A stretch of DNA of 64,000 nucleotides, taken from Trueperaceae bacterium (GTDB taxonomy: Bacteria; Deinococcota; Deinococci; Deinococcales; Trueperaceae). The stretch lies in contig CBDCDZ010000004.1 in the NCBI GenBank assembly GCA_965215565.1, forward strand, positions 3,008,001-3,072,000, given 5' to 3'. The position numbers were made by a program, and so were the translations under genes. The notes below the pieces were generated by a model. It did not search any database, was not told where the DNA came from, and worked only from the letters and a program-made list of their open reading frames with translations. Of the stretch, positions 9,408 through 17,686 are shown piece by piece (position 1 is the first letter of the stretch; the number at the start of each line of letters is the position of its first letter).

Positions 9408-10765
9408 TGCCACGTTCGTCACTTCTACGCTTTAGGCGCTCTCTGCGCTCGAGTCTCTATTTGCTCACACTCCTGTTCGCTGCTACAACGTTCGCCCAGG
9501 TCAACTTGAGCGCCACCTATAGTGGCGACGTGGTGACCTTTGTAGGCGACCACAATATCCGCTACTTGGCAGACTACGCCACGAACACATTGGTATTGCC
9601 CGGCTCAGTGCTGAGCGACAAAGAGACCAAGTTTCCTGCGGGCTACGCGGTCACTTTAGAAGATGACCAAGTCAGAGTCGAAGTAGGTCAACCTTTTCGC
9701 GTTACCCTCTCCAGCAACGAGCGTGTCCTGACGCTCGTGCGCGGTGAGACGCTGGGTGCAGTGCCCGAGCGGATCGCAGGTGACGACCGCGCCCCAGTAA
9801 TGTACCGCTTAGCTAACGCTGAGCCGAGCCAAGTCGCCTCGCACCTCAGGAGCTTGTACGACTTACCCGTCGAGGTGGACCAGCGCCAACGCGCTCTCTT
9901 AGTGCGGGTCAATCCGCAGGACCGGACGCTCGTCGATGAGATCGTTACCGCTTTAGACGAAGCCCGTCCCCAAGTCATGTTCGAAGCCGAGATCGTCGAG
10001 GTCAACCAGTCGGTCACGCAGAGCTTGGGCATCAACTACGACTCGCTCTTCTCCTTTACCCTGACCGAGGGGGAAGTGCCTTCGGTCTTCGGTGCGGGTC
10101 CCTTCTCGCGCAACGGTATGTCGCTGACGCTTGGGTTGAACCTGCTCAAGACGAACGGAGCCGCTAACGTACTCGCGCGACCCAGGGTCACGACCTTAGA
10201 CGGCGTCCAAGCGCAGATCAACGCCACCCAATCGTTTCCAGTCGTCGTCTCCAGTTCGAACGGTCAGGAGAGCGTGCAGAACATCACTACGGGTATCCAG
10301 CTCTCGATGACGCCTAAGATCAGCCCGGACGGACAGGTGGAAGCCGAGTTGTCCATCTCAGTCTCGACACCGACAGGCATTACCTCGCAGAAGGTTCCTA
10401 CGTTTAGCAGCCGAGAAGCCTCCACTACAGTCAGAGTCGCCAACGGCGAGCCCATCGCCATCGGCGGGTTGTACGAGAAGCGTACCCTTAAAGGGGTGTC
10501 GAAAGTCCCTATCTTAGGGGACATTCCCATCCTCGGCGCACTCTTCACCTCCACCTCGACCGAGGAGCGCGAAACCGACCTGGTGATCGTGGTTACGCCG
10601 CGCATCGTAGATATGCCCAACGTGCGCGCGGTGCGCTCGGACGTAGCGCCGGTGGTCGTCGAGACGCCCGCAGAAGAAGAGACGCTCGAGACAGCGGCGG
10701 ACGAGGCGAGCACGAGCTTGGTAAATCCACTGCCACAAGTGGAAGAACCCGGCGAGCTACCTTGA
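9407..10765 (+). CDS. Outer-membrane secretin (GspD/PilQ superfamily) with a single N3-type domain
   Basis: LDEARPQVMFEAEIVEV, LARPRVTTLDG, TTVRVANGEPIAIGGL, KVPILGDIPILGALF and DLVIVVTPRIV; start overlaps the protease stop (TAATG). Confidence 0.92.
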   Translation: MPRSSLLRFRRSLRSSLYLLTLLFAATTFAQVNLSATYSGDVVTFVGDHNIRYLADYATNTLVLPGSVLSDKETKFPAGYAVTLEDDQVRVEVGQPFRVTLSSNERVLTLVRGETLGAVPERIAGDDRAPVMYRLANAEPSQVASHLRSLYDLPVEVDQRQRALLVRVNPQDRTLVDEIVTALDEARPQVMFEAEIVEVNQSVTQSLGINYDSLFSFTLTEGEVPSVFGAGPFSRNGMSLTLGLNLLKTNGAANVLARPRVTTLDGVQAQINATQSFPVVVSSSNGQESVQNITTGIQLSMTPKISPDGQVEAELSISVSTPTGITSQKVPTFSSREASTTVRVANGEPIAIGGLYEKRTLKGVSKVPILGDIPILGALFTSTSTEERETDLVIVVTPRIVDMPNVRAVRSDVAPVVVETPAEEETLETAADEASTSLVNPLPQVEEPGELP

Positions 10766-10823
10766 GCCCTTCGATGTGAAGAATTGAGCGTAGCACAACG
10801 AGGGGGAGTCGATAGACTGACGC

Positions 10824-11270
10824 ATGATTCGTCTGTGCTTAGTTTTTCTGCTCCTTCTTCTTGTCGCCTGTACACCAGCGACGGAGCCTGCACCCGAGCC
10901 GCCAGTGAGCACGAGTGATCCCGAGGTCTATAAGCGACTCATCGCGCCCTTTGAGGCTGACCTCGAGCGCTTAGGCGTCACCCTCACCGGCTACCAGACC
11001 TACCGCTACGAAGGCAATAACCCGAACGGCTTCATCACGGCTATCAACACCTTCTACCGCGCGTACCCCGGCTTCTGCCCCCTAGTCGACGCCTTCTACG
11101 CTGCGCCTAACAGCGCGCAGTTTATGACCGTGGCGAGTAACAACGGGACGCAAGTTCGCGTCTTCTTATATGACCAGTCGCGCCGACCGCGTTTGACGTA
11201 CGCTTACGTCGAAGGGGTGAGTCAGCAGCTCTTACCGGCGGTGGTTTGTGAGACGGTGACGGGGGACTAG
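10824..11270 (+). CDS. Small lipoprotein of unknown function (possible pilotin-like partner)
   Basis: Lipobox LVAC; TAGACT 5 nt before the ATG; follows the secretin. Confidence 0.65.
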   Translation: MIRLCLVFLLLLLVACTPATEPAPEPPVSTSDPEVYKRLIAPFEADLERLGVTLTGYQTYRYEGNNPNGFITAINTFYRAYPGFCPLVDAFYAAPNSAQFMTVASNNGTQVRVFLYDQSRRPRLTYAYVEGVSQQLLPAVVCETVTGD

Positions 11271-11344
11271 GGGCGGGCTCAGTCCTATTTTTTGGCAAGA
11301 CTTTTATGCGGCAGAACGGGCCAACAGCCGCATAAGCTCTGAGT

Positions 11345-12964
11345 CTATTCCTGGTAGAAGTTGCCAGCGATGTTCGCGTCGGTAACTTCTACCCATCCCT
11401 CTTTCACTGCCTCTATCCCCATGAGCTTCTCCGGCTCTCTGCTGACAACCATCAGCACCGCGTCCTCTTCGACGAGCCATTCTTCGAGTTTACTGAAGTT
11501 ACGCCGCACCGTCCGCGAATCGTATTTACCGTACCCGCAAAGCAAATAGCGCTTCTTGCCTTCAGGTGAACGCAAGCTGATAAGGAATCGCCCTTCCTTC
11601 TTCAAATACGTCCAGCCTTGCGCCTCGAGCTTCTCCCTCACTCTGCGTCTCATCACCTGCCCAGCAGCAGTATTGGGCGTCAGAGGAGGACATTGGCATA
11701 CGCCGAGCGCCCTTCTACCTCGTGAGCCAATCGAGACTAACGTGCCCAAAGGACTGTCCAACGTCGTGAGGTAGCGTTGGTTGAGCAAATACTCGGAGTC
11801 GACCACTCGTGTGCAAACAACCTCTATACGATCTGCGCCATGCTCCAACAAATCTTGCAGGCAGGCTTTGTCTTGCCCGGTCAAGTCACCGTAAGCATTG
11901 GGCGGTTTGTGTTCTTTCTCAAATCGGAGTCTTGCCTCATGCGCTTCGTCTACGGCAGTTTCTAGCCAGAGAGGAACCTCGCCCATATCGCCTAACAAAT
12001 ACGACGGAGCCATCTCAGTCTGCGCATAAGCCTGGATAAAGCGCTCGGACCAATCTCCGAACAGCCACGCTGCCATCCTCAAAAGCTGATGACGGTTGAT
12101 AAAGGGCTGGTATTCGAAATCGTTCGGCGTGTCCGCGAGGTCAAAGGCCATATCAGGTATGCCCACACGCTCGGCGACATGAGCGCCGAACGGTCCTGTA
12201 TGGCGCGTACCAGTGAGGGCGGTAAGGAGAGGGCGCAACCCGTCGAAATACGCCAGGCTCGAGTGTACGGACTCATGCGCCTTGCCGTGACTCGGAAGCG
12301 TTGTGTAGCCGGTCTCGAGAGCGTTCAGCAACTTCGCCTGAAACGTTCTGATGTCAGGGTCAGCTACCTTCAACCTCGAGGGGTCGTTCCCGCTCAAATC
12401 TTTGCCGCACCGATGACACACGTTGATAGGAACATCGGAAGGCTCGGTTTTGTTCGTATGCACACCCATATCGACTTTGTGAGGCGCGACGGGCGCTTTG
12501 CAGTTCGGGCAGCGGTCGAGGAGCAACGTCCCGTGTTCGGGGCAAACCGTCACAAAAGCAAGTCGCCACAACCGCCGGAAGTAGGGCGGGTCCTGCGCTA
12601 AGCATAGGGGACAATACTGCAAGCCGTAGCGTTTTCGGGAACGATGATAGACACCTGCGTGCAGTATCCAGCGGTTGTTGCTGTTGGGACTGTGTTTGGC
12701 GTAGAGCTTGCCTGCGTAGGGCCATAAGGTGGTGTGGTAGAGGCTCGAGACGTGCTGACCGGACTGGAAAGCTAAGGGCAAGAGTAGCTTCAGCGGAGCC
12801 GACTTGTCCACATCGCGGTTCCACACCTGGTGGTCGGGGACGGTGAGCTTGGTGAAGCTATGGAGCTTCTGCAAGTTCTCCTTGGCGAAGCGGATGAGCC
12901 AGCTACTGAGCAGTTCGTCGGGTAGGGGGTGTGGGTGAACTGGCCAGACGTTACCCGAGATCAT
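11345..12964 (-). CDS. tniQ: TniQ/TnsD-family target selector with an extra C-terminal domain
   Basis: PLPDELLSSWLIR N-terminus; YCPLCL...WRL..VTVCPEH..LLDRCPNC zinc motifs plus CHRCG. Confidence 0.9.
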   Translation of the reverse strand: MISGNVWPVHPHPLPDELLSSWLIRFAKENLQKLHSFTKLTVPDHQVWNRDVDKSAPLKLLLPLAFQSGQHVSSLYHTTLWPYAGKLYAKHSPNSNNRWILHAGVYHRSRKRYGLQYCPLCLAQDPPYFRRLWRLAFVTVCPEHGTLLLDRCPNCKAPVAPHKVDMGVHTNKTEPSDVPINVCHRCGKDLSGNDPSRLKVADPDIRTFQAKLLNALETGYTTLPSHGKAHESVHSSLAYFDGLRPLLTALTGTRHTGPFGAHVAERVGIPDMAFDLADTPNDFEYQPFINRHQLLRMAAWLFGDWSERFIQAYAQTEMAPSYLLGDMGEVPLWLETAVDEAHEARLRFEKEHKPPNAYGDLTGQDKACLQDLLEHGADRIEVVCTRVVDSEYLLNQRYLTTLDSPLGTLVSIGSRGRRALGVCQCPPLTPNTAAGQVMRRRVREKLEAQGWTYLKKEGRFLISLRSPEGKKRYLLCGYGKYDSRTVRRNFSKLEEWLVEEDAVLMVVSREPEKLMGIEAVKEGWVEVTDANIAGNFYQE

Positions 12965-13889
12965 TGAACAGGAGTTCAGCCTCTTTGCGCCGCTCCGAAG
13001 GCAAGACCCAGTCGATCCCCTTCAGGGCATTCTCGTCGATGAACTCCGTTCCCTGCCGTATCGCATAGACCGCCGCTTCGTTCAAGATGGTCGAGAGTTC
13101 GCCGATATGCCCCTCGGACATGTCGTGCAGCTTGACGCCGAGCTTAGCGAGGTTCGAAGGGCGCTTCAGGGGAATGAGCTTCTCAAAGCTCATCAACAGC
13201 TTCGCGAACCCTTCGTCCTTTTTCCACAGCGGGAGCGGGGCGGGCTTGAAGCGGTTGGCGAGCTGCGGGTCGATCTGAAGGGCGCGTAACGCATCCTTCG
13301 TCCCTACCCCGACGATAGGAATTCGCAATTCGTTTCCTAAGTATTTGATGGCTTGCAAGACCCGTCGCTGCTGCCGCGCCGTACCGGAGAGGACGTGATG
13401 GAGTTCGTCGATGATCAGCACCTTCGTCTCGATACGCTGCAAGAGTCCCATCGCCTGGTGCTGCTTGCGGCTAGCTTTATCGGTCTCTTTGAAAGGCGCG
13501 AAGAGCTTCTTGAGAAGTTCCTCGTATAGCCGCCCTTCGTCCGCCTCGGGCGGTGCTTGAAAGAGCACCACCGGGATGTGTATGGACTCGCCACTCAGGT
13601 TATCGTCCGCCGGATTATCGGCTAAAAACTTCCTGACCAACTCGGTCTTGCCGTTGTTCGTCGGACCGACGATCAGCAGATTGGGCATCCGGTTCGTCTT
13701 GGGATGAGTGATGAGGTCTTGTAGCTGATCGCGGATTTTGTTGGTGCGGGTGTAGCCGATCCAGCGCGGACTTTTGATATGGAGGATGCGGTCCTCTTCG
13801 GTGTCGCCCAATACTTCCCGCGCCCTCGGGGTCAGATGCGCGTAGGGCTCGAGCGTTTCGCTCGGGCGGGGACGCTGTAACGTGCTCAT
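12951..13889 (-). CDS. tniB: TniB/TnsC AAA+ transposition regulator
   Basis: PRWIGY, Walker A GPTNNGKT, Walker B IIDELH, DPQLANRF. Confidence 0.93.
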   Translation of the reverse strand: MSTLQRPRPSETLEPYAHLTPRAREVLGDTEEDRILHIKSPRWIGYTRTNKIRDQLQDLITHPKTNRMPNLLIVGPTNNGKTELVRKFLADNPADDNLSGESIHIPVVLFQAPPEADEGRLYEELLKKLFAPFKETDKASRKQHQAMGLLQRIETKVLIIDELHHVLSGTARQQRRVLQAIKYLGNELRIPIVGVGTKDALRALQIDPQLANRFKPAPLPLWKKDEGFAKLLMSFEKLIPLKRPSNLAKLGVKLHDMSEGHIGELSTILNEAAVYAIRQGTEFIDENALKGIDWVLPSERRKEAELLFNDLG

Positions 13890-15788
13890 TTAGCTCTCCT
13901 GCAATTCGTCGAAGGGCGTGATGCTCGAGAGATCGAACGGGAAAGCCTGCTCCTGCGCGTCGTCTCGGCGCTCGGGCGGCGGCTTCCCGGCGGGTTTAGA
14001 GGGTTTCGTAGCCTTAGCGTGCTCCGTGCGGCGCTGCACGTTCCGGCGGGCGCTCCGGGTCTTCCTGGCGGCTTCTTCCTCGATTTCGCGCATTCGAGCC
14101 ATAGCCGCGAAGAGGTCGTCCTCGTTGATCTTCTCCGCACCCTGCTTCTTGAGGTGGCGGACGACTTTGCGCATCTCCCAGAGGCTCGCAGGGGGGCGGA
14201 TTACGTTCGCATAAGGGATTTCGTAGTACCTGTCCAGTTCGGGGTCCAGGAAGTAGATGCGGCTCATATCTCTAGGGTCGTAGCGGATGATGAACTTGCG
14301 CTTCTCGTTCTTATGCTTCGGGTTCGGCGCGTGTATCCAGCGCCTCAACACGTCGCTGTAGTAGTCCACATAGTAGTAGCGGACGCCGTAGTTCTGCACC
14401 GTCGTCCGGTCGTAGAAGGGCATTAGGTCGAGCCGCAACCGCTCTTCGTCCAAAACGAAGGCCGGCAGCCCGCGCCCCGGCTGCTCGTCGTTGCCGAGGA
14501 TGGCTTCTTCGTAGCGTACCAACGGGCTCGTGAAGATTTCGCTGTGGACGCGGTTATGGTACTTGACCAAGAGTTGGGCGAGCCAAGTTTCGAACTCCGA
14601 CAGGGTCATGACGGCGCTCCCGGCGGAGTCGTAGTCGCGCTTCTCCTGAACGTTGTGGAAGGTGGTGCCGGGGAGCTTATGAATATCCGCCGCGAAGGTG
14701 TCCATGAGCCGCTCGATGTGACCGCCGAACTCAGCTTTCCCTTTAGGGCGGAAGTCACTCTCGATGTCGTACTCCTTGCAAGCCCGGCGGAGCATCTTGC
14801 CTCTGAACTCCTTAGCGGTGTCCGCGTGGACTGCCTCCGGCAACCCCCAGCACGGCCAGGAAGCCTCGACGCCGTACTGCGCCAGCCACCGCTCCTTAGG
14901 CAAGATAGCGCGGGTCAAGCAGGAACCGACAGCGAAGGCGTTGGGGCTGTCGAAGGAGATATAGAAGCCCAAGCACATGCGGCTGTAGACGTCGATGGCG
15001 AGGGTGATCCAGGGTCGTCCGATGGCGATGCGATAGACGTCGTCTACGAGCTCCAGGTCTACCTTAGTGTGGTCTATCTGCACGGTCTGCAAGGGAAAGT
15101 TACCATCGGGAAAGGAGCCCGTTTTGGGATCGTACTTCTGTTCGGCGGCGCGTTTGCCGTGACGCTTACTGAGCCGCTTCTTCTCCTCGATGGCGGCGAT
15201 TCGCCGCCGGATTGTCGAGTCTCCCGGTGGTGTCAGTTTGGGTGTGGCGTTACGGCATTTGAGAAGGACGTCGTCGATAGTGTCTTGAACCGAGCGTCGT
15301 TGAGGCGTGAGGTAGCGCTCATTGATGGCTTCCTCGATAATCGCTTCGAGCGCCGGGTCGAGCCGCTTGCCGGACTTGCCCGGCTTGTTAGGGATGAGAT
15401 CAGTGACGCGCCCACCCCCTTCGTAGCGTTTGAGCCAGCGGTAGAGGGTGTTGGTACTCACACCGACCTTCTTCGCTCTCTGGGCGACGTCGGCACGGGT
15501 ACGGCGGCGGTCTTTGATAGCGAGCAGCGGGCGGATAGCTTTGTAGCGTTCGGCTCCGATGTTCCACTCGGCATCGGGTGTGGCGACGAGATCGTAGCCG
15601 ACCCCTTTGCCTTCTTCGGAGACGGGGGGCAGGTCCGGCTTGAGGGTGTGAACGTTCAGGCGTTTGAGTTCTCCGGAAGTCTCCTCGCGACCCAGGACGG
15701 TTTGCATGTCGAGGACGTGGGTGATGATGTAGTGCTTGCCCGCGTAGGTGACGGGGTTGCCGATGGCGGGCTCGACGGATATGGACAT
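13890..15788 (-). CDS. tnsB: TnsB/TniA DDE transposase (Mu-type C-terminus)
   Basis: HTH (VSTNTLYRWLKRY), QIDHT, LAIDVYSR, HADTAKEF, GHIER, RYDPRDMS. Start moved to the ATG at 15788 after an AGGAG RBS. Confidence 0.93.
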   Translation of the reverse strand: MSISVEPAIGNPVTYAGKHYIITHVLDMQTVLGREETSGELKRLNVHTLKPDLPPVSEEGKGVGYDLVATPDAEWNIGAERYKAIRPLLAIKDRRRTRADVAQRAKKVGVSTNTLYRWLKRYEGGGRVTDLIPNKPGKSGKRLDPALEAIIEEAINERYLTPQRRSVQDTIDDVLLKCRNATPKLTPPGDSTIRRRIAAIEEKKRLSKRHGKRAAEQKYDPKTGSFPDGNFPLQTVQIDHTKVDLELVDDVYRIAIGRPWITLAIDVYSRMCLGFYISFDSPNAFAVGSCLTRAILPKERWLAQYGVEASWPCWGLPEAVHADTAKEFRGKMLRRACKEYDIESDFRPKGKAEFGGHIERLMDTFAADIHKLPGTTFHNVQEKRDYDSAGSAVMTLSEFETWLAQLLVKYHNRVHSEIFTSPLVRYEEAILGNDEQPGRGLPAFVLDEERLRLDLMPFYDRTTVQNYGVRYYYVDYYSDVLRRWIHAPNPKHKNEKRKFIIRYDPRDMSRIYFLDPELDRYYEIPYANVIRPPASLWEMRKVVRHLKKQGAEKINEDDLFAAMARMREIEEEAARKTRSARRNVQRRTEHAKATKPSKPAGKPPPERRDDAQEQAFPFDLSSITPFDELQES

Positions 15789-15796
15789 TGTGTCTC

Positions 15797-16474
15797 CTAG
15801 TCTAAGTCTAAACTCCAGAGTTCGCTGGTCATCGTCAGGGGAACGTTGAGGTCCGCGCCTATCCATTTGCGCGAGACCAAGTTCCAGACGACGGGCAGGA
15901 GCTTGGCTTGATTGGTGCGGTCCGAGTAGATCGCGCTGAGCAGGTCGGCAGGCGTGGTGGTTTGCAAGATGGCGAGGGTGTCGATGACGAGGGGGATGTG
16001 AGGGTCGTCTTCCATGCTGCGGTAGCGCTGCAAGAACTTGGCGTTGTCCAAGTAGGGCGTGCGGATTTCCCGCTCGGTCAAGATACAGAACCTCCAGCCC
16101 TCTTCACGGGCGTGGGTCTGCGCCGCCCTGAATTTCGGTTTGAATTCGCACCACTTCTTCCGCAGAATCTCGCGCGGTTTGACCTCGCAGAGCAGCGTCG
16201 GCATCTCTTTGGCGGGGGTGATGTCGTTGCGGTAGCGCACGAGCACGTCGGGCGTGTAGGTACGCTCCTTGCCGTTTTCGTCCGTATATTCCAGGACCAT
16301 CGGCTGAACAAAGAACGCCGCCACGTTGAGGTCGAAGCGGAGGATGCGGAGGAAATCGCGCTCCAACGCCGACTCGAACTCCGCCATGTCCTGACCCTCT
16401 TTGGCAGGCGTCGCGCCCGTCAAGCTCAACCAGGTAGGCTTGATTTTACGAACCGGCTTGAACTCATCCGCCAT
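15797..16474 (-). CDS. tnsA: TnsA endonuclease
   Basis: FESALERDF...QP...YTPDVLV...EVKP...LTEREIR; probable start at ATG 16474. Confidence 0.92.
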   Translation of the reverse strand: MADEFKPVRKIKPTWLSLTGATPAKEGQDMAEFESALERDFLRILRFDLNVAAFFVQPMVLEYTDENGKERTYTPDVLVRYRNDITPAKEMPTLLCEVKPREILRKKWCEFKPKFRAAQTHAREEGWRFCILTEREIRTPYLDNAKFLQRYRSMEDDPHIPLVIDTLAILQTTTPADLLSAIYSDRTNQAKLLPVVWNLVSRKWIGADLNVPLTMTSELWSLDLD

Positions 16475-16484
16475 ATACACAACC

Positions 16485-16607
16485 AGTACCAACAATTACA
16501 GTCATATCGTCAACCAGTCCCAGTAATCGAGAAAAGCAGTCACACGGATTGTGACCGAATACCCCTATTATGATCCTTATTAGTACCATTGATTGTGGTG
16601 GTTGTCA
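16485..16607 (-). repeat. Transposon end with about four imperfect TnsB-binding repeats
   Basis: Minus-strand 16-mers CACAATCAATGGTACT (16582-16597), CACAATCCGTGTGACT (16538-16553), CTCGATTACTGGGACT (16516-16531) and TGTAATTGTTGGTACT (16485-16500); terminus 5'-TGACAACC. Confidence 0.7.
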
Positions 16608-17258
16608 GGCGGCAACATTCCACGACCCGGCGAGGTCAGCTTGGCGCACCGAGGCGTCCTCTTCTTAGATGAGTTTCCCGAGTTTAGCCGCCAAGCCTTA
16701 GAGGTCTTGCGGCAGCCGATGGAGGACGGCGTCGTGACGATCAGCCGCGCGAGGGCGGCGCTGACCTTCCCCGCGCGCTTCACGCTCGTCGCCTCGCAAA
16801 ATCCATGTCCATGCGGTCACTACGGCGATACAGGCAAAGAATGCTCCTGCACGCCCGTCATGCGGAACCGCTACCGCGAACGCATCAGCGGACCGCTCTT
16901 AGACAGGCTCGACTTGCGCATCCAAGTCCCGCGCCTCAGCGCCGACGACCTCATGAACGCCTCGCCAGGCGAGCCGAGCGAAGGGGTGCGCGCGCGCGTC
17001 TTAGCGGCGCGAACGCTCGCACTGAAGCGTCAAGGTGTGCCGAACGCGGAGTTGAGCGGTCAGGCGTTACGAAGGCATACGGCGCTCAAAGATGGACCGG
17101 AAGCCTTTGCGAAGAGCGTCATCCGGCAGCTTTCGCTCTCCGGGCGCGGCTATGACAGGCTCTTGCGCGTGGCGCGAACCGTGGCGGACTTGGCGCAAGC
17201 CGAGGGCGTGAGCGAAGCCCACCTCGCTGAAGCGGTGAGCTACCGGGGCGACTTGTAA
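16608..17258 (+). pseudogene. comM: 3' half of comM (YifB/Mg-chelatase-like AAA+), split by the transposon
   Basis: Begins abruptly at [26 protein letters not shown]; also [16 protein letters not shown] and [12 protein letters not shown]; no Walker A or N-terminal half. Confidence 0.92.
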
Positions 17259-17431
17259 CTCTCGTCTCTGCTTGTGTCCTCTGCCTCCTCTAACTCCTCC
17301 GGCGGCTCCTCGCCGCCGTGATAGAGGAACGACGCGATGTAGCCGACAAAGGCTCCTAGCGCGGCGATACCGATATAGAGCAGCGCGTAGAGAAAAATTT
17401 GATACGCACCTCTGGCGAGCGTGTCTTCCAT
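17240..17431 (-). CDS. Small single-pass membrane protein
   Basis: [35 protein letters not shown] followed by an acidic tail; TACACT 7 nt before the ATG. Confidence 0.55.
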   Translation of the reverse strand: MEDTLARGAYQIFLYALLYIGIAALGAFVGYIASFLYHGGEEPPEELEEAEDTSRDESYKSPR

Positions 17432-17686
17432 CCCTCCCAGTGTAAACCCCACTTCCTGTTTCTTGTGATACATTGGGTAGAACTTTGTATTTTGAGAAGG
17501 TTTTTCAAAATGACTGAAGTTGTAAGCGCAGGTATGATCTTTTGTATGTGCTGAGCGGTCCTCTACCATAGATGAGGGCGTCCATGCCCCCGCTGCTGCG
17601 CAGAAACTTCGTGAACCGAGCGGAGTGAGACGGACTTCGGTTGAGCGAAGCTATACGAAGTAACCTGCTATCTCGAGGAGGGTAAC

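Larger units (their letters stand above)
11345..16607 (-). mobile_element. Tn7-like transposition module and right end; the element probably extends left beyond the window
   Basis: tnsA-tnsB-tniB-tniQ operon; terminal ...GGTTGTCA at 16607 abuts a truncated comM; repeated subterminal sites. Confidence 0.85.

Noticed and set aside
11443..11451. TGACAACCA matching the first 9 nt of the transposon terminus, as a possible left end
   Set aside because: Lies inside tniQ coding sequence, has no following TnsB-type repeats, no GGCGG flank and no 5' comM.
14544..15800. 418-aa plus-strand ORF, and the 221-aa ORF at 15908-16573
   Set aside because: Antisense shadows of tnsB and tnsA in high-GC DNA; no recognisable motifs.
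16593..16607. TTG start giving an intact 221-aa ComM-like protein
   Set aside because: The first codons come from the transposon end, there is no RBS, and the product lacks Walker A and the N-terminal domains.
11271..16607. CRISPR-associated transposon (CAST)
   Set aside because: No cas genes or repeat-spacer array seen in the window; cannot be excluded for the unseen left arm.
17490..17510. Possible Rex operator upstream of the oxidase operon (TTTTGAGAAGGTTTTTCAAAA)
   Set aside because: Poor match to TTGTGAA-N4-TTCACAA; only an imperfect AT-rich palindrome.
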